This document shows, piece after piece, positions 40,239 through 51,200 of a DNA stretch of 64,000 bases. The translations under genes and the position numbers were made by a program. The notes below the pieces were generated by a model, which made no database searches, had not been told where the DNA came from, and saw only the letters and a list, made by a program, of their open reading frames with translations. Each line of letters starts with the position of its first letter. The first letter of the stretch is position 1. The DNA comes from Octopus sinensis (lineage: Eukaryota). The stretch covers positions 8,556,001 through 8,620,000 of the forward strand of contig NC_043007.1 in assembly GCF_006345805.1 (NCBI RefSeq), given 5' to 3'.

Positions 40239-43200
40239 TTTATTTCTATTTGTTTATTTATCTGTGTATTTATTTTGTTTTCGGGATCCTCTATCGTCAT
40301 ATGTTGTGGTGTGTGCTAGTGCTCCATTCTAGTTTTCTATTCAGGCTAGGTTTATTTTCTATTATGTGTGTAGCTTTTGTAATTTGTCTGATTGTTGCAT
40401 CTGTTCTATGTGTGGACAATATTTTAATTTCTATGTTATTGATTGATCCCCCATGTTCCTGTTCGGCGTGTTGGTACAGAATCGATGAGCTTTTACCTTC
40501 CTTGACTTGTCTCCAATGTTCATTTACCCGCTCTCCTATGCTTCTTGGCCTTCCCTATTTTCTTTTATGTCCTTTCTATAGTGTTCCATGACTTGTTCCT
40601 ATAGAGTGGGCAAATCCCATTCCTATCATTACATAAAATATTATCAAATTTCTTCATGGCTCCTTTGTATACTCTGATCCTTTCTTTATGGCTGTAACCT
40701 GAGAACTGCATGCGGTGAATGAAATATTGTATGTGTCTCTTTAACTCTGTGGGCTCACACATGCGTGACACATTTCTCATTATTCTGACGAGGTCTGCCA
40801 TCAAAATATTGAATTTGGCATTGTCCGCAATGGCTGAGTTCCGGTGGATCAAGTATTTTGAGGCCATAGGTTTGGCATAGTATGAATGAAGGATTTGGGT
40901 TTTATTAGTCACAATTTCTAGCCAGAGTTCAGTGTCTAGTACTGGTAGTCTATGGTTGGGGTGTTTAGTGGGGTAGTATATTGTGACCTTAATACTCTGG
41001 TGGATGGAGTTAGCTATTTGCTGGATGCTCTCCATAGTATTAGTTTCTATTACTATATCAACATTACTCTCTTGTGGGGGTGCCTTTACCACTATGTTGA
41101 TATCATCAACATAGCGATATATATATATATATATATCTGTGCCAGAGAAACTAGCCCTAAGCTTCTTACAGAGTAATGTAGACTAACCAAAAAGGAAAAT
41201 GGTGAAAAATAAAAATTAACAAAAAGAAAACAATACAAATGGAAAAATTCTTCCAGCCCTTTCTTTTTTGTTTTTTTGTCTGTGGCATAATGGAAAAGAA
41301 CTGAGTCCTGAATGAAACAACAAATTCATCTGTTCAATCACAACCCCAGCACATGCACACCCTCTATACTCATCATCATCATCGCTTAACGTCCGCTTTC
41401 CATGCTAACATGGGTTGGACGATTTGACTGAGGTCTGGCAAACCAGATGGTTGCACCAGACTCCAAGCTGATCTGGCAGATCAGATTCTACAGCTGGGTG
41501 CCCTTCCTAACGACAACCACTCTGAGAGTACAGTGGGTGCTTTTACATGCCACTGGCATGAGGGCCAGTCAGGCGGTACTGGCAACAGCCATGCTCAAAA
41601 CGTGCTTTTTATGTGCCACCTGCACAAGAACCAGTCCAGCAGCACTGGCAATGATCTCGCTCAAATGATTTTTCACATGCCACCAGCACAGGTGCTAGTA
41701 AGGCGATGCAAGTAACGATCACGCTCGAATGGTGTTTTTAACGTGCCATCGGCATGGAGACCAGCTTGTTGCTCTGGCAACGATCTCACTTGTATGGTAC
41801 TCTTAGTGCTCCACTAGCACGGATGCCAGTCATCAAATTTGATTTCGATTTCACTTGCCTCAACAGGTCTTCAAAAGTAGAGTTTAGTGTCCAATGAAGG
41901 AAAGGCATGCATAAGTGGACTGGTTACACCCCTGGCATAGGCCACAAGGTTATGGTCTCACTTGCACTTGCTGAGTATTCTCAAGCACAGCATATTTCCA
42001 GGGGTCCCGGTCACTAGTCATTGCCTCGGTGAGGCCTAATGTTCGAAGGTCATGCTTCACCACCTCATCCCAGGTCTTCCTGGGTCTACCTCTTCCACAG
42101 GTTCCCTCAGCTGCTATGGTGTGGTACTTTTTCACACAGCTATCTACATCCATTCTCACCACATGACCAAACCAGCGCAGTCATCTCTCTTGCACACCAT
42201 ATCTGATGCTTCTTAAGTCCAACTTTTCTCTCAAGGTACTTACACTCTGTCGAATATGCACACTGACATTAAACATCCATCGGAGCATGCTGGCTTCATT
42301 CCTTGCGAGCTTATGCATGTCCTCAGCAGTCACGGCCCATGTTTCACTGCCATGTAGCATGGTCATTCGTACACATGCGTCGTACAGTCTACCTTTTACT
42401 CTGAGCGAGAGGCCTTTTGTCACCAGCAGAATTAAGAGCTGTCTGAACTTTGCCCAAGCTATTCTTAGTCTAGCAGCTACACTTTCAGCGCACCCTCCTC
42501 CGCTACTGACTTGGTCACCTAGGTAATGGAAGCTATCAACTACTTATAGTTTTTCTCCCTGGAATTTGAAGGAAGTTGTTCTCTGCACATTTTCAGTGCT
42601 TTTTATTGCTCCCATGCATCTGCCACATACGAAAACTATCCTCCCAGTTAGCCTTCCTTTGATATTGCTACACCTCTTATGTGTCCATAGTTTACACTGG
42701 GTACATCTTATAGAGTTTCTACCTATGCCTTTCCTACAGATCAAGCAGGGCCATCTACCTGAAGGGATTTGTGGTTTGCCTGCCTTCCTACTTATTAGGA
42801 CTTTGGTTTTAGCTAGGTTGACTCTAAGGCCCTTCAATTCTAATCCTTGTTTCCACACTTGAAACTTCTCTAGTTCTGATACTGACCACACTAATCTGGT
42901 AGGGCCTATATAGGTTAAGAGTATCCCCATTTTACTTTCAATTTGGTTTGTAAATATTTAGAGAATATTCAGTTATTATTTAAGTCATTCAAAATATGAG
43001 AAACAAAAAAACCTTAAAGATTTACAGTTCCATAATTACTAATTGTAATTTATCTGAGATATTCAGGGCAGTGAATTGGCAGAATTTACATATCTGGACA
43101 CCCGTCCAACAATGAAACCAAACAGATTGAAGCAAACATAGTTATGCTTACAGTAATGTTTGGATGACTGAACCATTTATTGTTTTTATGTCCAGACATG

Positions 43201-46200
43201 AGTCAAAGGAGAAAGAACAGTGCCCATGACCTTTTACAGTTCAGGACTTCATAGGTTGTTGCAATTGGGTCATCCTCCTGCCAGAAACCTCATCCAAATG
43301 CATTCAACATAGTGAATTTCCCTAAGGAAACCCAAGAGCCAGATGGTGGTGGTATTAAACCATCGAATGCATTAAATCAAATCTTCAAATGCAAGACAAT
43401 TCATCTGAAAGACTTTCACACAGTTTCTGTCAACCCAATTTTTTTAAAGGTTTGGGCTGACCTGAGGCTATGGCATGAAACACTTGCCCAAAGTGTTGCA
43501 CACCATGGAAACCCTTGATCGCAAATGCGCTTCGTAATCACACAGCCGCACCAGAACCCATGTAGCAGGGGGTTAAAAATGCTAAAAAAAAAATGGTACA
43601 AAAATATGTGTCATTTTTTTAATGACATAAAATATCCAGAAATCTCAATCATTGAAACCATCATCATTAACATCTGTATTCGATGCTGGCATGGGTTAGA
43701 TGATTCAACAGGATCCAATTAGCTTGAGGGTTGCAATGGCGAGGTTTCTATGGCATTGTAATGCCCTTTCTAGCACCAAGCACTTTACAGAGTGTACTAG
43801 GTGTGCTTTTGTGGCACCAGCAACTGTAAGGTCACTACGTAACTCACAAGACAAGATCTCTAGACAGAGCAGGGTTGCCATATTGAGGGAGATGGCTTTG
43901 TCCCATGTGTAGAGAGGCTGAAATGGGAAAGAAGGATGGGAACAAGCATCTTGCTGTAGAAGAAATATGTGGCTACCCCAGCTAAAGAAAAAAGTGAAAA
44001 TCAAAGAAAAGAGATAACATACTTAAATCCTCTATGGTGATTTTCTGGTGAAATCATAGTAGGCAGGAAGTGCTGCATACAGTTTAGGGGTTTGTATACA
44101 ATGTTGTCGAAGGGGCAGAAAAGGGGTCGCCACAGCTGCATCATTTCTTCAGTAGCTTCCAATGGAAAGTAACTGTTCAAATGAGAACAAAACAAAAAAA
44201 TATTTAAACACAAACATAATGAACAACTGAAAAAAAAAAGGATACAAAATGTAGTACAACGGTCATTTTGTATTTCTCAGGAGAAATATTTGAATGCATT
44301 ATAACAGTCATCTTGTATTTCTTAGAAATATTTGAATGCAGTACAATGGTCATCTTGTATTTCTCAGGAGACATATTTGAATGCATTACAATGGTCATCT
44401 TGTATTTCTCAAGAGAAATATTTTAATGCAGTACAACGGTCATTTTGCATTTCTCAGGAGAAATATTTTAATGCAGTACAACGGTCATTTTGCATTTCTC
44501 AGGAGAAATATTTTCAGCAGAGAAAACTTGACACAAGGAGTATATTCAGAATACAACATATATAACTTTTGAAGTTATTATTTCTCTTATTTATTTAGCG
44601 GATAGACAACTGAGAGCAGCAGTTTTTGAACCAACAAATACCAGGCCATCACCACCAAGTGAAAAAAATATGACTGAAATTATTTACCCATTAACAAGAC
44701 AACAGCTTGTATCCACATAATTCTTCTTCCTTTACCATACTACCAAAACAAACTTAAGAAATTTACTCATCATTTTAACATCCAATTTTCCATGCTTATT
44801 TGAGTCATATTGAATTTGTTGAGGCAAATTTTCTACAACTGGATGCCCTTCCTGTCTCCAACCCTCATCTGTTTCCAAGCAACGTAAGATTTCCCCAATG
44901 GTCAGACATACTTTTCACAGAATATTTCACAGGAATGGCAGTGTTTGTATGACAGTATGCACTTTACAAGCATCATCTGATGTCAAGACAAAGACTAAAC
45001 ACACACACAAGCTTCTTTCACTTCCTGTTGACCAAATCCTTTCACAAAGTGAATTCTGTAGACAGAACACACATCTGCCCAAAGTGCTGAACCTGAAACT
45101 TCATGCCTGGAAAGTTAACTTCTTTAGCACTCAGTCATACCTTTTGATTCTATAAAGCATGGCAGTTTGTCCAACCCCTTTTCATTATTCATAGCCCACG
45201 TCTCACTCAAGTGTCTATCCCCATAAGAAACTCTGCCGTAGACCACATCCAAAAGAAGGCCAGCATTCACTCAACATGCTATAACCATGTAGCTACAACA
45301 CACAGAATTTTCTCTTTTAACTTTTTCTATCACGACCACTAAAGTGTCTGCTCTTCCAAATATATTGGCTCATCCCATAAATAATGCGTTTTTTCAATTG
45401 TATGAACTAAACGTCAGAGGGGGGTGGGATAAACTACCTGCATCAACTTGCTATCAAAGCAGGTAGTAATTTTGCCTTGTCCTTATTCTTAGTGCAAGTT
45501 TTGAAGAGTGCAGTTCGATTTTAAGAGTTATCTTTCTAAAGCTATAATGGAAGTGACAAAGGAGCATATTCAGCATATTTTGCTTTATGAGTTCAATAAA
45601 GGCAACAACACAACAGGAAGTATGAAGAATATTAATGCAGTATATGGGGATCGGACAATAAGTGCAAGCCAGTGGCAACTGTGGTTCTAGAAATTCTGAG
45701 CCGAAAACTACAGCATAAAAGACAAGCCTCATCTTGGAAGATCTGCAGAGCTCAACGAGGATCTTCTGCAAACCCAGGTGGAACAAAAAAATCCCATTTT
45801 AACAGTTGAGGAACTAGCAGAGAACCTCGGATTTGGGCATTTAACCATTCATTAACACCTGCATGCCATCAGAAATGTCAGTAAATTGGGTCAATGGGTC
45901 CCTCACAAACTTGCTGAGTCTAATCACGTTCAGGGAGTGAATGTGTACTCTTCTTTGCTGTCATGTCTCACAAATGAACCTTGTTTGGACTGAATAGTGA
46001 CTGGTGATGAGAAATGGGTTCTCTATAAAAATGTCAAGCACCAAAGACAGTGGGGAGGGAAAGGAGAAACACTGGCACCCCAGGCTAAAGCAGATCTTCG
46101 CCCTTGTAAAGTGTTGTTATCTGTTTGGTGGGATATGAAAGGTTTAGTCCACTTTGAACTTTTAAACCCATACCATCAGTATAATTCTTGGCCACATGCA

Positions 46201-47042
46201 GTGAGGATGACATTCCAAAGGTTTGAATGGGAAACAAAGCCCCACCAGCAATATTCGCAGGAAATTGCCCCATCTGATTATCATTTATTCTGCAGTCTTC
46301 AAAATCATTTGGACAGAAAAAATATGAATTCTGTAGACAAGGTACTGGAGGAGTATTTTTCATCACGGACAAGTGAATTTTGGAAGAGGGGCCTTGCAAA
46401 TCTATCAGATAAATGAGAGAGCATTGTAGAAAATGAAGGAGAGTATAGTTTAGATTAAAAAAAACTTTGTTTATCTTAATTTTGAAAAATAAAAGAAGTA
46501 TAAAAAACCACATTATTTATGGGATGACCCAATACTTTCACCAACCAGGCCTACTTGTTTCTCCATTTTCTCATCATTATTTCACTTATACACAATATTT
46601 TGCTCAGCCCTTCATTGGAAACTACAGCCATCCAAAAATCTCTTCCCTGACCATGATTTCCAGCAAACATTACTGCTGCTTTCACCACCACCAAATGTTT
46701 AAACTGAACATCAGTCATATCAACTTCCCGAGTCTGGTGGTCAAGCTTGCCAAAGCCCACATGCTGTACCACCTTCCTTGATTAACTAACAACAAAAATG
46801 GAGCAGAATTTTGTTTTTTCATAAACCATCTTGTGATATACAGACATATTGTTAGCAATGTTACTAGGGGCAGGGGAACATTAGTTGTTTCAAATCCTTC
46901 AACAATCAGACCCCTCACTTTGGTCATCTAGTCAGGGTTAATCAAGCTCTAGGTTGTGTCCACTTAACATTACCTACCCCGGGTTCTCACCTCTCAAGCC
47001 ACACATTTTCTTTATGGTACCTGTTTACGCTTAATAAAAGCA

Positions 47043-47112
<70 letters not shown>

Positions 47113-48261
47113 GCATTAGAAGTTAATAGTTCAAATATTTTTTCGTATTACTTTTGGTAAGAACATGATAGTTTATTAAGCATACACACATACTGTTGCA
47201 TTTATTAAATAAATGTTGAGAGCTAGCAGAATTGTTAGCCGGCTAAACAAAATGTGTTCAATAGAATTTCTTCCAGCAGTTCACATTCTAAGGTCAAGTT
47301 TGCTTTTCATCTTTTCGGGGTCAATAAAATGTGTACCAGTTGAGCAGGGTGTGTGTGTGTGTGTTAATATCTATAATCAACTAACTCCCTCCCAGTAAAT
47401 TTGCTGGCCTTTTGCCAAAATTAGAAAGAATTACATTGATAGAACGGAACAGAGCATCAATAGGGTGTGAGTGACCAGATTGTCAGATTACGATAGTAGA
47501 TCAGTGGAAAAGCATCCAGTCATAGAATACTACCTCAAACTCCTAACCAATTCATGCCAGCATGAAAGAAAGGGAGGTGAAAACAATGATACTGCAATGG
47601 TGGAAAACAAAACAAAAAACAAAAATTCAAATTTAAATCTATATCCTCATCATTATCATCATCAATATCATTTAACGTCTGTTTTCAATGCTGGCATAGG
47701 TTGAACAGTTTGACAGGTGCTGGGTATGTGTATTTTAAATGATGACTACCACCATGAAACCTGCCAGACAAATCCAGCACCAAAACTAATTCATTATAAT
47801 ATTAGTAAAGCCATCTACCTAAAAATAATCTCAGACCACTGGAATATACAACATCTCAGATATAAATCATTATCCTCCTCATTTAACATCTGCTTTCCAT
47901 GCTGGCATGGGTTGGATGGTTTGACAGGATCAGACAAGCCAGAGGACTGCACCAAGCTCTACTGTCAGCCTTGGTATGGTTTCTATGACTGGATGCCTTT
48001 CCTAATGCCAACCATTTTACAGTGTCCTGGGTGAATGCATTTTACATGGCACAAGCACCAGTGAGGTCAACCTCAATATAGTTGAATGGAAAGAATGTAT
48101 TTCAGCACCAACAGTTATTTGAAAAAGAAATATCCCCACAAAATAAATCAAGGTTTTATCTTCTCTATTTTGTTTATTAATATTTGCTGTATGTTCTGAC
48201 ACAAATCCAACAAAAGTCAACTTTATCATTCATTCTCCAAGGGATCAATGAAAGAAATTAG

Positions 48262-48293
<32 letters not shown>

Positions 48294-51200
48294 GTAGTCC
48301 ACAGCAGAAGTGTTAAGGCCGCTTCCTTGCTGAAGAGGATTGGCCTACAAGAATCCTGTGCCGGTGCCATGTGAAAAGCACTCATGCTGGTGTCACACAT
48401 AGGAACACATGTCCAGTGCCACATAAAAGCATCCGGCACACTTTGTGTGTTTGGCGTTAGGAAGGGTATCCAGCTGTAGAAACCCTGCCAAATCAGACTG
48501 GGGCCTGGCGCAGCTCCCCACCTTACCAGCTCCTGTCAAACCGTCCAACCCGTGCCAGCATGAACAATGGATGATAAATGATAATGAGGATGATGATATA
48601 CACTGGAGTTGGGGAGGAGGGCAATGGTGAATGTTTGTTTATCCTGGTTTTGACATCACATGAAAGTTGTAGAAGATTGTCTATGGATAAATGCCAGTCC
48701 TCTTCCACAAACCTTGCCCAGGCCTGTGCAAACAGGAGCAAATACAGGCTCCATCCTGACAGACTAACTCAAACGAGAACTGCATGAAGAGTCGAAAGAA
48801 AATATAGAGCAGGAGAATCATACTCACGTGCGACAGTTGTGAATTGTATCTTTGACTGTTGAAACAATAGAACTGCAAGAATATAACAAGGCAACCATTA
48901 GACAAAAAGGAAAAAAGAAATACAACAAAAGGAAAAAAATTAAATTTACACAAAAAGCAAAACAGATTAATTTCTTTTTGTTTTTTTTCCATGAATACAG
49001 AAAGCTGCAGGCATAGCTGTGTGGTTAAGAAATTTGCTACCCAATGGCATGATTCCATGTTCAATCCCACTGGATGGCGCTTTGGTTAAGTATCTTCTAC
49101 AATAGCCTTGTGAGCGGAATAAATAGATGATGATGATGGTATGTGTGTGCTTATGTCTCTTTGTTTTGACCTTGCATGATGGTTGTAAAATGAGAGTCAC
49201 CATCATACAAGTGGAGTCATTTCCAGCAACAGGGAAGAATTAGGTGAGAGTAGGTGATAGGGCAGCATCCAGCCATAGAAAATTGGCTGCAATAAATTCT
49301 ATCCGACCCATGCAAGCATGGAAAAGTAGACATGATGATGACCTCTGATAAAATTTTCTACCGAGATGACCGAGGCCACAAAACAAAGATGAAAAAATTG
49401 CATGTAGAGAAATTGTGAGTTTGTATAAGTAAATGCATGACATGGAGCAACATCCATTTGATAATCAAGGAGGAAAGAACAGCTTATGACTAAACTTCTA
49501 CAAACTCATTTCATCTGATCATGCCACATCTAAATTTACTTCAACAAAGCCTACCCCATCATCATCATCATCGTTTTAATGTCTATTTTCCCATGCTTGC
49601 ATGGGTTGGGCACCACTTACTGAAGCAGATTTTTCACACCTATGCTTTTTATTCATAAAATTGAACGTGTTTTCATCCTTTAATATTAAAGGATCATTGC
49701 AAAAAACTCAGGACAGTCACCATCAAAACATCAATCATACGATAAAGTGTGACTCAGACCAACACTTTGGATATGGCAATATATTTCCATGATGTTTAAC
49801 CTGGGGCAACTTGTAAAAATGTGAGGGCACATGGCCTAGTTGTTACGTTGTCGTGCTTACTATCACAAGATTGTGACTTCAGTTCCAGGACAGGGTGGTG
49901 AACTGTGTTCATAAGCAAACACTTCATCTCACATTGCTCTCCAATCATTTTGACACCTGACAGATGTTACATTGGGCACCTGTTCAAGTGATGGTGACTT
50001 GGAGGGAATGGCAAGCCAACATACAGCAGATAGATTTGATTCTCATTATAAGCATAGCATTTGTGCAGGTTGTTCAACAAAAAATTACATAACTGTCTTT
50101 CTTGGACTACAAGTGACGACAACCACCACCACCACCATCATCATTGTTTAACGTCCATCTTCCATGCATGCATGGGTAGGATGGTTGACAGAAGCTAGCC
50201 AGTTCTGGCAGAAACGTTAGCCTGTCGAGCGAAATACTTAGAAGTATTTCGTCTGCCGTTACGTTCTGAGTTCAAATTCCGCCAAAGCTGACTTTGCCTT
50301 TCATCCTTTCAGGGTCGATAAATTAAGTACCAGTTACGCACTGGGGTCGATGTAATCAACTTAATCCCTTTGTCTGTCCTTGTTTGTCCCTGCTAGGTTA
50401 AGCCCCTTGTGGGCAATAAAGAAATAAGAAGCTGGCCAGTTAGAAAATCTACCCAAGGACTTTGTGTCCATTCTGGCAGGGATTTTACAGCTAGAAGCCC
50501 TTCCTAACACCAACCACTCCACACAGTCGACTCAGTGCTTTTTATGTGGCACAAGCACAGGCGGAGTTAGTTTTGGCAAAATTTTTACAGCTGGGTACTC
50601 TTCAAGATGCTAACCATGTTACAGTGTGGACTGGATGCTTTTAACGTGGCACCAGCTCTGGCAGGGTAACCAATAACTCACAAGACATGGAATTATGAGA
50701 GAGGCAGGGCATTTGTCAGAGGATGAAAGTCAGAGTGTGATAGAGAGACAGAAGCTAGTGTTTTGCCACAACAGACGGGGCATCAGAGGAGGTAAAAAAT
50801 ATTTCTAAGTAATGCCATAGCACAGGTTTGTTCAAGTAAAACAATAATCTGCCTTTGTTTGGACAGAATCTTCACCAACTGCAGTTAGTATCTTCAGCAA
50901 AACAGATTTGTTTCATATTTAAGCATTTATATTTTTGGTATATGTTTTAAGTTAAATCATTCTTGACCTACAATAACAGTCACCATTACAAATCAAAGAT
51001 GTCAGAGGTGACTGCCACAGAAGGCATGACACAATATAATAGTTATCATGTAGTAAAACTACAGCTGTGTGTTCAACCATATTGCTAAAAGTATAATGGT
51101 AAACATATTTATATAGATTCGTTTTTAAAGTTGGTGTTAAATGGCAATAAGGAAATTTTTTCAGTTATAACCATTACACAACCACCTTTCATATGGAAGC

